A stretch of DNA of 30,245 nt from positions 1-30,245 of the forward strand of contig JAITHX010000122.1 of NCBI GenBank assembly GCA_031279735.1, read 5' to 3'. Below are positions 1-9,283 of this stretch, piece by piece. The stretch comes from Prevotellaceae bacterium (GTDB lineage: Bacteria > Bacteroidota > Bacteroidia > Bacteroidales > UBA932). A program made the position numbers and the translations under genes. Numbering within the stretch: the first letter of the stretch is position 1; each line of letters starts with the position of its first letter. The notes under the pieces were generated by a model. It searched no databases. It was given only the letters and a program-made list of their open reading frames with translations, and was not told where the DNA came from.

Positions 1-133
1 GAAGATTTTGAAGATTGATACGGGATTTTGGACACCCCATACCCCATAATAGGGTATGGGGTACTTCGCCCAACGGTAGCCGAATCCCTCCCGTTTGGCG
101 AAGCACCCCATACCCCATACCCTATACCCCATA
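1..133. repeat. Right end of a composite intergenic repeat (GAAGATTTT...GGACACCCC arm plus CCCCATA heptamer arrays)
   Basis: 1-38 matches the reverse complement of 9424-9461 with one mismatch. 104-129 is identical to 9685-9710. Internal hairpin 35-44/52-61. Inverted CTTCGCC/GGCGAAG at 64-70/97-103. Confidence 0.9.
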
Positions 134-180
134 ACGAAAAATACCGATTTTCGGGGATTGTGCGCGTGTCGTTAAAACGG

Positions 181-188
181 GAACTTTG
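181..188 (+). promoter_or_regulatory. Possible Bacteroidota -7 promoter element for the hmu operon
   Basis: GAACTTTG, one mismatch to TAnnTTTG, 25 nt before the hmuR ATG. Confidence 0.3.
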
Positions 189-213
189 TGCCGTCAAATT
201 CAAGTGTGTTTAT

Positions 214-2358
214 ATGTTCAGATATATTGTTCTTAGTTTAGCGTTCATTGCGATAAAGTGTCCGGCAGCGTTTGCGCAGGAAGGGAAAGTCAGGGTTTTC
301 GGGACGGTAATCACTGCCGACGGGTTGCCTGCCGAGTCAATTTCGGTTGCGGTCAGGGGAGCCGGCATAGAGACGGTGACAGATGCCGACGGAAAATTCT
401 CGTTCGAGGCTTTTCCCGGCAATTACAGTCTTGTTGCTTTTTCGATCATCGCACACAAAGTGGAAACCGCGATTGCGATAAGCGGTTCGGAATGTGTCCT
501 TCCGCCCGTTGCTATCATCGAAAACCGCCGTCAGCTCGACGAGGTGGTGGTGACGGGCACGAGAACGATGAAACGACTTTCGGAAACTCCCGTGCTTACT
601 ACCCTCATTCGCGAACGCGAGATTCGGGAATCGGGATCTGTGTCGGCTCTCGAAAGTTTGCAGGACAATATCCCCGGTATCGTCAGTTCGCCCAACGCCA
701 TGGGGAACAATCTGAGGATTCGCGGCTTGAACAGCCGATACGTTCTTTTTCTGGTGGATGGAGAGCGCATGGTGTCCGAGGGGGCTGGAGGCAATGTGAA
801 TTTGGATCAGATCGACGTGAACGGTATCCGGCGGATAGAGATGGTTAACGGAGCGTCGTCGGCGCTTTACGGTTCCAATGCCGCAGGGTCGGTGATTAAC
901 GTTATTACCAAAGAGCCTGTACACAAGTTTGAAGGCAGCCTCAGCCAGTCTCTGGAAAGCTACAGCACATGGCGCGCTAAAGCCGACGTCGGGTCGGCGC
1001 TGGACTGGCTGTGTGTCCGTGCGGACGGGGCGCGAACTGTTTCCGACGGCTTCGGCAGCGACGGCGGACCCTACGCCGCGCGTTACAGCGATTACAGCGC
1101 CGGAGTGAAACTGAACTGCAGACCGTCGAAAAGAGCCGACATCGGCCTTGCCGGAAGATTTTTCAGTCACGAAACCTTTAATCCTGAAAACAGCATGAAT
1201 GTTCGACATTCGCTTACTCACAATCTGACACTGGGCGCGAACGGAGGCATCGCATCGACCGACAGCCGAAATAAGGTGCGATTCAGTGTCAACGCCACAA
1301 AGTATTTTGATTACTACGTGCTGGAAAAAAAGAGCGGCGAACGCGATTTGCGAAATACCGCCTCCTATATTTCCGCCCGCACTATGGACACATGGACGCC
1401 TTCGGAAAAACTCGAACTTGTCGGAGGCGTGGAATACAATCACGAAGAGAACTTCGCCTCAACCACGCTCGGCTCCGTTCCTGCAACCAAAAGTCTCGAC
1501 GATGTGAACGGTTTCGCTCAGGGTCACTGCAAACCGGCGGAAAGTTTCGACCTCGTCGTCGGTGCGCGCTACACCTACAACACGCAGTTCGGAAGCTCCT
1601 TCACACCCAAACTGTCGCTTATGTACAGCGTTGCGGGATTCAAATTCAGAGGCGGCGTCGGGACGGCTTTCCGCGCTCCGAGCATTAAGGAACTGTATTA
1701 TGATTTTGATCATCAGGGCATGTTCTGGGTTTTCGGCAATTCGGAGCTGAAAGCGGAGAAGGGTGTCTGTTCCTCGCTTTCGGCTGAGTATTCCGCTGCC
1801 GGATTCAACGTTTCCCTCACGGGATACCACAACAGGATCAACAACAAAATCACACAGTATGACGTAATCAACGCTGCCGGTGCAAACGAGAAGTATTATC
1901 GCAACGTCAGCAGTTCGACGATTCGGGGTGCGGACGCAAACATATCGTATATTCTTCTCGGCGAGCTGGCGCTGAAAGTCGGATACAGCTATTGCGACGC
2001 GAAGGACAATTCCACAGGCTTGCAGCTCGAAAGCAATACCAGACACAGCGGCACCTGTTCGGCTACATGGAACGGAGCGATCCTTAAAAGTCCCTTCTCG
2101 CTGCAACTTGCCGGCAGACTACATTCGCCTAAACTTTATCAGAGCATTGTCGCCGACGCCGACGGAAACGGGAGGACTGAAACCGAACAGTCCAAGCCCT
2201 ATTCCATCTGGAAGGCAACGCTGGTGAAACCTTTCCGCCTGAACGCTCATCTTTTCGAGCTGACATTGAAGGCGGATAATCTGTTTAACTTCAGCGACGC
2301 CTCGTTTATCAACCCCGGCCGACAGTTTCTCGCCGGACTGAGGTATCGTTTCAAATAA
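214..2358 (+). CDS. hmuR: TonB-dependent heme receptor, HmuR-like
   Basis: Signal peptide from MFRYIVLSLAF (the ORF-track start at 28 lies in repeat DNA). Plug motifs LVDGER and SALYGSNAAGSVINVIT. FRAP motif, then DHQGMF, then GNSELKAE. C-terminal ...LRYRFK. First gene of a hmuYSTUV cluster. Confidence 0.88.
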   Translation: MFRYIVLSLAFIAIKCPAAFAQEGKVRVFGTVITADGLPAESISVAVRGAGIETVTDADGKFSFEAFPGNYSLVAFSIIAHKVETAIAISGSECVLPPVAIIENRRQLDEVVVTGTRTMKRLSETPVLTTLIREREIRESGSVSALESLQDNIPGIVSSPNAMGNNLRIRGLNSRYVLFLVDGERMVSEGAGGNVNLDQIDVNGIRRIEMVNGASSALYGSNAAGSVINVITKEPVHKFEGSLSQSLESYSTWRAKADVGSALDWLCVRADGARTVSDGFGSDGGPYAARYSDYSAGVKLNCRPSKRADIGLAGRFFSHETFNPENSMNVRHSLTHNLTLGANGGIASTDSRNKVRFSVNATKYFDYYVLEKKSGERDLRNTASYISARTMDTWTPSEKLELVGGVEYNHEENFASTTLGSVPATKSLDDVNGFAQGHCKPAESFDLVVGARYTYNTQFGSSFTPKLSLMYSVAGFKFRGGVGTAFRAPSIKELYYDFDHQGMFWVFGNSELKAEKGVCSSLSAEYSAAGFNVSLTGYHNRINNKITQYDVINAAGANEKYYRNVSSSTIRGADANISYILLGELALKVGYSYCDAKDNSTGLQLESNTRHSGTCSATWNGAILKSPFSLQLAGRLHSPKLYQSIVADADGNGRTETEQSKPYSIWKATLVKPFRLNAHLFELTLKADNLFNFSDASFINPGRQFLAGLRYRFK

Positions 2359-2411
2359 TCGACCGACATAAATAAATTCAGTGATAATTAATAATTAAAA
2401 ATTCAGATTCA

Positions 2412-3038
2412 ATGAAAAGAGTATTGTTTTTCTCAATTGCCGCGCTTACGGCAACCATTTTTACATCCTGTTCAAAGGATAAGGATGACAACAAAGCCGA
2501 ACAACCCGGCGCAACAACGGAATCGTATATCGACGCCTCGTCGAATACCGCATGGCATTATTATTCCTTCGGCGAAGACAAAGTACTGGGTTCGGCCGAC
2601 GAATCGGCTGAAAACAACGCCGCGTGGGCTGCCCGCAAGGACTGGGACATTGCCGTGAGAAGGTATAATATCCGCACCAACAGCGGCGAATTTACCGCTG
2701 CCGGCGCTAAGGGCGGGGTTGCAACTCAGGGAACGGGCGTCACGTTTGAATCCCTGCAAAAAGTGCCTGCCGGCGCAATCTTTGTCGGCGACAAAGCCGT
2801 GACTTCTTCCGGAATGGGCGGTACTACAACTGTAGTACGTTCGGAGGCTACCGTTATTCTGTTCAAGCAGAATGAAGACGGCTCTTTAGTCATGCCGCCC
2901 GTGTATTTGCCGGCTCCGACGCATATCTTCCGCACTGCCGACGGAGAAAACTATTACAAAGTGCGCTTTACTCAGTATCAGAACGCGGAAAGCGTAACCG
3001 GACACGTGAAATTCGATCGCGCGAAAATACCTCAATAA
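2412..3038 (+). CDS. hmuY: HmuY-family heme-binding lipoprotein
   Basis: Lipobox FTSC. WDIAVRRYNIRTNSG family motif. C-terminal YYKVRF...G.V.F. Lies between the TonB receptor and the chelatase. Confidence 0.88.
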   Translation: MKRVLFFSIAALTATIFTSCSKDKDDNKAEQPGATTESYIDASSNTAWHYYSFGEDKVLGSADESAENNAAWAARKDWDIAVRRYNIRTNSGEFTAAGAKGGVATQGTGVTFESLQKVPAGAIFVGDKAVTSSGMGGTTTVVRSEATVILFKQNEDGSLVMPPVYLPAPTHIFRTADGENYYKVRFTQYQNAESVTGHVKFDRAKIPQ

Positions 3039-3077
3039 ATATTTCGCCTGATTATTATTTTCCAAAATCAGATTCGC

Positions 3078-6000
3078 ATGAAAATACGCAAAAGGACGAT
3101 AAGGATTTTTTCCGTTCTATTCGCTTTAATCGTCTTAATCGTCGCGTGGCGGACGTGGGAGAGGCTTGCTTCTCCCACTAAAATCGCTTTGATAGACTTT
3201 CAGCCTTTTCAGATTGCGGGCATGGTCAAATCCAACAGCGACAGTTTTATTGAATACGAGGAGGTTGCCGGCGACGCCTTCGACCGGCTCGGACGCTACG
3301 ATTTCGTGCTGGGTTTCGGAATGGGGATGCGCATCTCCGCCGAACAGCGGGCGCAGATTCAACGCGCAGCCGACAAGGGTGTTCCGGTTTACATTCATGC
3401 CGCCACCAATCCCGAAAACAATATATGCAGTCTGGACAGCGTGCAGCGGAACAATATTGCCGAATACCTGAAAAACGGCAATAAACGAAACTATCAGAGC
3501 ATGGCGCGTTATGTCCGTCGGGCGATTGACGCCAAAACCTTCTTCGTGACCCCGCCGGATTCGGTCGTCGAGCTTGCTTCCGACGTCCTCTATCATCTGG
3601 ACGAAAACTTCTGCTTCAAAGAACTTGCCGACTATGAGACTTATCTGAAGAAAAACAGATTCTATAGGGACAATGCCCCGAAAGTTGCCCTCGTCGGCGG
3701 GTTGAACGATCCGTTTGGCGGCAATCGCGACAATATCGACAGCATAATCACGGCTTTTGAACGCGCGGGCTGGAACGTTTATCCGGTTTCGTCGGCAAGG
3801 ATGCGACTGGATTTCCTGAAGAAGATACAGCCGGATGCAGTTGTTTACTTTGCGCATGGACGTCTGGCGCCCGGACAGGCGGACACTGCCGTCGAATGGC
3901 TTAAGGAGCGCAACATACCGGTCTTTGCCCCTCTGTCGCTGCTGCAAACGCAGGCACAGTGGGAAGCCGATCCAATGGGAATGTCGGGCGGATTCCTGTC
4001 GCAGAGCATAGTAATGCCGGAGCTTGACGGTTCGATTTATCCTTATGTACTCAATGTGCAGGAAATAGACGGAGACGGGCTCTATCTCTTCAAAGCCATC
4101 CCCGAACGGCTGAAGAGCTTTACGGAGATTGTGACGAATTTCGTCCGGCTGAAACGGAAGCCCAATGCCGACAAGAAATTGGCTGTCTATTATTTCAAGG
4201 GTGCAGGACAGGCTACTCTTACGGCACAGGGGCTGGAAACCGTGCCTTCGCTCTACAATTTTCTGAAACGTCTGAAAGCGGAGGGCTACAGGGTCGATAA
4301 TCTCCCGTCGTCGGTGAAGGAGTTTGAAAAACTGCTGATGACACAGGGGGCTGTACTTAGCGCGTATGCCGAAGGAGCGTTCGACGATTTCCTGCTGAAC
4401 GGCAATCCGGCTCTCGTGGAAGCGCAAACCTACGAATCGTGGGCGAAACAGTCGCTCCCCGAAGCGCTCTATGCGGAGGCGGAGAACAGTTTCGGCGCAG
4501 CGCCGGGCAGATACATGTCCGTGCGGGAGGCGGATAAATCCTATCTTGCCGTGGCGCGAATCATGCTCGGAAACATCGCTCTGCTGCCGCAGCCGATGGC
4601 GGGACTCGGAAACGACGCTTTCGCCATTGTGCACGGAACCAAGTCGCCCCCGCCGCACGCCTACATCGGCGCTTACCTCTGGGCGCAACACGGGTTCAAT
4701 GCCGATGCAATGCTGCACTTCGGCACTCACGGCAGTCTGGAATTTACTCCGCAAAAGCAGGTTGCGACGGGGTGTTACGACTGGCCCGACAGACTTGCGG
4801 GCGATATTCCGCATTTTTACTATTATACTATAGGCAACATCGGCGAGAGTATGATGGCAAAGCGACGCGCCTACGCCACGACGGTGTCCTATCTCACGCC
4901 AGCCTTCATGGAAACCGGAATGCGGGTGCAGTTTAAAGCGCTTCAGGACATGATACGGAAGTATTACCAGTCGAATGAAAACGAACGGACGCGGCTTGCC
5001 GGCGACATGAAGAAACTTGTCGAGGAAATGGGACTGCATCGCGACCTGCGTCTCGACACGGCGACATCCAATCCTTATACTCACGAGGAAATAGAACGTA
5101 TCGACGATTTTGCGGAAGAAATAGCCAATGAAAAAATGACAGGACATCTCTACACCTCCGGCGTTCCGTACAGCCGCGAGAAAATCCGCTCGACAGTTCT
5201 GGCAATGAGCGCCGACCCGATAGCCTACAGTCTTGCCGCTCTGGACAGACTGAACGGACGGACAACCGAAAGGCAAACGGGCGGCAGAAGTTTCTTCACG
5301 CAGCAGTATCTCGTGCCGGCACAGCGTCTGGCGGGTCAAATCCTCGACGGAAAAGAGGTGAACGACGCGCTGATTTGCTCCGTAGCCCGGATTGTTCCGA
5401 AGGATCTGGAGGAAACAAAGACCATACTTGCCCCTCCGCGACGCTCCATGCCGGCTTTTGCGGCTTCGGATTCCAAACCAGTCGATCCGAAAAAGTCTTC
5501 CGGCGGAGGACATCCTTCATGGATACCTAAATTCGGCAGCCGTCCGGAATCAACCAAAACAGACAGACCCGCCGCCCCCGAAAAGCCCGAAACATATACG
5601 ACCGAACAGAAAAACCGCGCGCGCGCCATTGCGGAAATAGAACGCACGATGCGTAACGTCACGAGATATGAAACGGCGCTGAAGGAAAGTCCGGAAGAGG
5701 AGTTCCGATCCCTGTTGAACGCTTTGTCGGGCGGATACGTTGTTCCCTCGTCGGGCGGCGACGCCGTTGCGAATCCTTCCGCCGTTCCGACGGGCAGAAA
5801 TCTGTATGCCGTCAATGCGGAAGCCACCCCGTCGGAAGTTGCGTGGGACAAAGGCGTTGCGCTGGCGAAAGCCACGCTGGAACAGTACAGAAAACAGCAC
5901 GGAGATTATCCGCGCAAGGTGAGCTATACGTTCTGGAGCAGCGAATTTATCGAAACCGAAGGCGCAACAGTCGCACAGGCTATGTATATGCTGGGAGTGG

Positions 6001-7286
6001 AACCTGTTCGCGACCCGTTCGGGCGCGTGTCCGACCTTCGACTGATCCCTTCCGCCGCACTCGGACGTCCGCGTATCGACGTGGTTGTCCAGACTTCCGG
6101 GCAGTTTCGCGATTTGGCGGCTTCGCGTCTCGCCCTGATAAGCCGTGCCGTTGAAATGTCTGCATCCGCGAAGGACGACGGGCATGAAAATCGCGTTTCG
6201 GCAAGCGTTGTGGAAACGGAACGGCTTCTGGTTGAACAGGGCGTTGCGCCGAAGGATGCCCGCGAAATGGCTATGCTGCGTATCTTCGGCGGTATCAACG
6301 GAATGTATGGATCCGGAATACAGGAAATGATCACAAGCGGCGACCGATGGGAAAACGAGAAGGAAATTGCCGACACCTATATTCATAATATGGGCGCAAC
6401 GTATTCGGACAAGAAGGATTGGGGCGCGTATCACGACGGACTGCTGCGTGCCGCACTGCACAGCACGGACATCGTCGTTCAGCCCCGGCAGAGCAACACT
6501 TGGGGAGCGCTGAGTCTTGATCACGTGTATGAATTTATGGGGGGGATGAATCTTGCCGTTCGCAGCGTAACGGGCAAAGACCCCGAAGCCTACTTCGCCG
6601 ACTATCGCAACCGGAACAGCGCGCGCATGCAGGAGCTGAAGGAAGCCATAGCTGTGGAAGCGCGCTCAACGATATTCAATCCCGCCTACATCCGCGAGCT
6701 GATGAACGGAAATGCGTCGAGCGCCGCACAGATTACGGAGGCAGTGACCAATACCTACGGCTGGAATGTGATGAAACCCGCCGCAATCGACAGCGAAATG
6801 TGGGACAAACTCCATGACGTGTACGTAAAGGACGAGTACAGGCTTGGCACCGAAGCGTTCTTTCGACGTGAAAATCCGCAGGCATTGCAGGAAATCACAG
6901 CGGTGATGCTCGAAACGGCACGCAAGGGTCTATGGAAGGCATCCGAACAGCAATTGTCGGATATTGTGCGTCTCCATGTCGAACTTGTCAACGAGTTCGG
7001 GTCGTCGGCGTCGGGATTTGCAGGAGGCAACCTGAAGTTACAGGACTTTATCGCCGGCAAACTCGACAATGCTTCAGCTTCGGACTACACAAAGCGACTG
7101 AAAGAGATGCGCACATCCGCGAATACGGCCTCGCTCTCCGGCAAAGACGGCGTCACTCTGAAAAAGGATACGCTAAACCGTGAGGAACAGGGAGAAACAA
7201 ACCGGCTGAATGCTCTGATTGTGGCTGCTGTCGTGATGACGTTCTTTATAGCGCTGCTGATTGCGCGACACAGAAAAAAGAAGTAA
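3078..7286 (+). CDS. hmuS: CobN/Mg-chelatase-H family protein HmuS (heme de-chelatase type)
   Basis: 1402 aa with HFGTHGSLEF, PTGRN, GRPRIDV and WNVMKP motifs. N- and C-terminal transmembrane helices. hmu operon context. Confidence 0.9.
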   Translation: MKIRKRTIRIFSVLFALIVLIVAWRTWERLASPTKIALIDFQPFQIAGMVKSNSDSFIEYEEVAGDAFDRLGRYDFVLGFGMGMRISAEQRAQIQRAADKGVPVYIHAATNPENNICSLDSVQRNNIAEYLKNGNKRNYQSMARYVRRAIDAKTFFVTPPDSVVELASDVLYHLDENFCFKELADYETYLKKNRFYRDNAPKVALVGGLNDPFGGNRDNIDSIITAFERAGWNVYPVSSARMRLDFLKKIQPDAVVYFAHGRLAPGQADTAVEWLKERNIPVFAPLSLLQTQAQWEADPMGMSGGFLSQSIVMPELDGSIYPYVLNVQEIDGDGLYLFKAIPERLKSFTEIVTNFVRLKRKPNADKKLAVYYFKGAGQATLTAQGLETVPSLYNFLKRLKAEGYRVDNLPSSVKEFEKLLMTQGAVLSAYAEGAFDDFLLNGNPALVEAQTYESWAKQSLPEALYAEAENSFGAAPGRYMSVREADKSYLAVARIMLGNIALLPQPMAGLGNDAFAIVHGTKSPPPHAYIGAYLWAQHGFNADAMLHFGTHGSLEFTPQKQVATGCYDWPDRLAGDIPHFYYYTIGNIGESMMAKRRAYATTVSYLTPAFMETGMRVQFKALQDMIRKYYQSNENERTRLAGDMKKLVEEMGLHRDLRLDTATSNPYTHEEIERIDDFAEEIANEKMTGHLYTSGVPYSREKIRSTVLAMSADPIAYSLAALDRLNGRTTERQTGGRSFFTQQYLVPAQRLAGQILDGKEVNDALICSVARIVPKDLEETKTILAPPRRSMPAFAASDSKPVDPKKSSGGGHPSWIPKFGSRPESTKTDRPAAPEKPETYTTEQKNRARAIAEIERTMRNVTRYETALKESPEEEFRSLLNALSGGYVVPSSGGDAVANPSAVPTGRNLYAVNAEATPSEVAWDKGVALAKATLEQYRKQHGDYPRKVSYTFWSSEFIETEGATVAQAMYMLGVEPVRDPFGRVSDLRLIPSAALGRPRIDVVVQTSGQFRDLAASRLALISRAVEMSASAKDDGHENRVSASVVETERLLVEQGVAPKDAREMAMLRIFGGINGMYGSGIQEMITSGDRWENEKEIADTYIHNMGATYSDKKDWGAYHDGLLRAALHSTDIVVQPRQSNTWGALSLDHVYEFMGGMNLAVRSVTGKDPEAYFADYRNRNSARMQELKEAIAVEARSTIFNPAYIRELMNGNASSAAQITEAVTNTYGWNVMKPAAIDSEMWDKLHDVYVKDEYRLGTEAFFRRENPQALQEITAVMLETARKGLWKASEQQLSDIVRLHVELVNEFGSSASGFAGGNLKLQDFIAGKLDNASASDYTKRLKEMRTSANTASLSGKDGVTLKKDTLNREEQGETNRLNALIVAAVVMTFFIALLIARHRKKK

Positions 7287-7289
7287 TCT

Positions 7290-7535
7290 TCAATTACGAA
7301 TTACGAATTACGAATTACGACCGGCTTCGGACGTATCAATTACGAATCAATTACGAATTACGAATTACGAATTACGACCGGCTTCGGACGTACGACCGAC
7401 AGGTCGTAATTCGTAATTCGTAATTCGTAATTGATAAGCCGGTCGTAATTCGTAATTCGTAATTCGTAATTGATACGTCCGAAGCCGGTCGTAATTCGTA
7501 ATTAGTAATTCGTAATTGATTTGTAATTCGTAATT
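7290..7535. repeat. AATTACG/CGTAATT heptamer arrays with an 18-bp linker forming a large inverted repeat
   Basis: (AATTACG)n blocks at 7292-7376 and (CGTAATT)n blocks at 7405-7535. Linker ACCGGCTTCGGACGTATC (7320-7337) has an exact reverse complement at 7472-7489. Apex TACGACC-GACA-GGTCGTA at 7391-7408. Confidence 0.95.
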
Positions 7536-7541
7536 GAAAAG

Positions 7542-8240
7542 ATGGAATACATACTGATATTTTTTATCCTGACCGCCTGCTTTCTGAAGCTCAGCTTCCG
7601 GAACATGCAGCAGTCGGTGATATTCGCTTTGCTGTGCGCCGTTTTCGTAGTATGGTCGTCGCGCTGGGCTGTTGCCCAGTCGAAAACACAGCTGTCGGAA
7701 CTGCTCGACAATCCGACCGCAATGCAGAATGCCGCCGTATTAATCACCGCCGAATCCGCAATCTGTTTTGCCTTTTGCTTCCGCGAACTTCGCGCGCGAT
7801 TCAGTGCGAAAAAGAGAAGCCTCACGGAAACACTGCTCCGCCTTTATCCCGGGCTACTGTTGTTTCCCGTCCTGTTTTACCTTCATACGCAACTGATTTT
7901 CGCCATGCCCGGAAGCAACTTCACCCTATTGTCGCATGCATTTGCAGGCGTTGTAGCCCTTGCCTTGCCATTGCTGAGCTTTCTCGTCAAACGGTTGTGG
8001 CGCGAAAGGGAAGCGCGGCTGGAAATTTACTTTATAGTCTGTCTGTTCGTGTGCATCGTCGGACTGATAGCAACCGTCAACGGAAACACAACATATTCCG
8101 CCGTAAAAACTCAGGTAAACATAAAAGCCCTGCTGTTGTCGGTCGGGCTTTGTATTCTGCTCTTCCTGCTTGGCGTCCTGACAAGCAGATATAAATGGAC
8201 TTTTAAAAATCGTATAAATAAAAATGGAACTGATATCTAA
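7542..8240 (+). CDS. hmuT: HmuT-like multi-pass membrane protein
   Basis: Several hydrophobic helices and a YPGLL motif. Position between hmuS and the MotA/ExbB gene. Confidence 0.7.
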   Translation: MEYILIFFILTACFLKLSFRNMQQSVIFALLCAVFVVWSSRWAVAQSKTQLSELLDNPTAMQNAAVLITAESAICFAFCFRELRARFSAKKRSLTETLLRLYPGLLLFPVLFYLHTQLIFAMPGSNFTLLSHAFAGVVALALPLLSFLVKRLWREREARLEIYFIVCLFVCIVGLIATVNGNTTYSAVKTQVNIKALLLSVGLCILLFLLGVLTSRYKWTFKNRINKNGTDI

Positions 8241-8817
8241 ATCTTTATTCTGGCTGGCAAACAGCCTTCTGATTCCCGACATCATTCTGCTGCTTATTCT
8301 GTTCGGACGAGCCTTGCTGCTCGCCGGCGGATTCTACAGTCAGATGACGGTGAAACGCCGTAATGATGCGCTTTTCGACAGAAAAATAAAAGAACTGTCG
8401 CCCGCAACAGCAAGCGAACTGAACTCGCTGCTGCCCGAAAAGGACGATTCTCTTTTTGTGAAATACCTGCGCGATCTGCTCGCCTCCACACCGGACGAAG
8501 CCTATTCGGATTACCTGCTGTCGAGTCTCGAAAACGAGATACACAAAGACTTGGCTCTCTCGAAACTTCTGGCGAAAACAGGTCCCGTTCTCGGACTTAT
8601 CGGCACGCTGATAGCCATGAGTCCGGCGCTGGTCGGACTGTCCGCCGGCGACATTTCAGGCATGGCATACAACATGCAGGTAGTGTTCGCCACTACGGTA
8701 GTCGGACTGGTTGTCAGTCTTGTCGGGCTGGTGACGCTTCAATTCAAACAGCGCTGGTATGCAAAGGACGTTTACAGTCTGGAATATGTTTCACGAATAC
8801 TGAACGGCAGACGATGA
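8224..8817 (+). CDS. hmuU: MotA/TolQ/ExbB proton-channel family protein HmuU
   Basis: GPVLGLIGTLIAM and AFATT-like VVFATTVVGL motifs. Overlaps hmuT and hmuV. Confidence 0.85.
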   Translation: MELISKSLFWLANSLLIPDIILLLILFGRALLLAGGFYSQMTVKRRNDALFDRKIKELSPATASELNSLLPEKDDSLFVKYLRDLLASTPDEAYSDYLLSSLENEIHKDLALSKLLAKTGPVLGLIGTLIAMSPALVGLSAGDISGMAYNMQVVFATTVVGLVVSLVGLVTLQFKQRWYAKDVYSLEYVSRILNGRR

Positions 8818-9149
8818 GAAACAGCCGCCGCTCCGGTAAACTTCTCAAGGAGGACGACGGAGACCCGCTCAGCGTAGTGGTCAATTTATTCGACGTGGCG
8901 ATGGTCTTTGCCGTCGCCCTGATGGTTGCAATGGCGATACACCTGAACATGACGGAAGTTTTCACGCAGGAAGACTTCACCATAGTCAAAAACCCAGGCA
9001 AGGACAATATGGAAATCATCACAAAAGAAGGCAATAAGATCAATAAATACACTCCGTCCGACAACCAGTCGTCCGAAAAAACGAAAGGCAGGCGAGTAGG
9101 CGTAGCATACGAACTCGAAAACGGAGAAATCATATATATACCGGAGTAA
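8814..9149 (+). CDS. hmuV: DUF2149-family protein HmuV
   Basis: DPLSVVVNLFDVAMVF N-terminal motif and G...GVAYELENGEIIYIPE C-terminus. ATGA overlap with hmuU. Confidence 0.85.
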   Translation: MRNSRRSGKLLKEDDGDPLSVVVNLFDVAMVFAVALMVAMAIHLNMTEVFTQEDFTIVKNPGKDNMEIITKEGNKINKYTPSDNQSSEKTKGRRVGVAYELENGEIIYIPE

Positions 9150-9281
9150 ATTAAGAATTAAGAATTAAGAATTAAGAATTGCCTGCGGACGCGGGAGAAT
9201 TACGAATTATAAATTACGAATTACGAATTACGAATTGCCTGCGGACGCGGGAGAATTACGAATTACATATTACGAATTACG
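9149..9281 (+). repeat. AATTAAG/AATTACG heptamer arrays punctuated by two copies of GCCTGCGGACGCGGGAG
   Basis: Four AATTAAG units from 9149, linker 9181-9197, five AATTACG-type units, identical linker 9237-9253, four more units. Confidence 0.95.
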
Positions 9282-9283
9282 AA

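Noticed and set aside
165-210. Cobalamin riboswitch before the TonB receptor (AAAACGGGAACTT...AAATTCAAG resembles its 5' part)
   Set aside because: The downstream conserved CCCGC/ACTGT elements are absent and the ATG follows within a few bases. The operon is hmu-type, and the stretch fits a -7 promoter better.
28-213. N-terminal extension of the TonB receptor (also extensions at 15400, 19011 and 28709)
   Set aside because: The extensions run through repeats, promoter elements or upstream genes; downstream ATGs give family-typical N-termini.
2381-2400. Fur box between hmuR and hmuY (GATAATTAATAATT)
   Set aside because: Hexamers are out of register with the consensus, and the match is explainable by AT richness.
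3135-5513. 792-aa minus-strand ORF
   Set aside because: Antisense shadow of hmuS; no motifs.
3078-7286. cobN (cobaltochelatase for B12 synthesis)
   Set aside because: Membrane anchors and hmuY/T/U/V neighbours indicate HmuS, and no cob genes are nearby.
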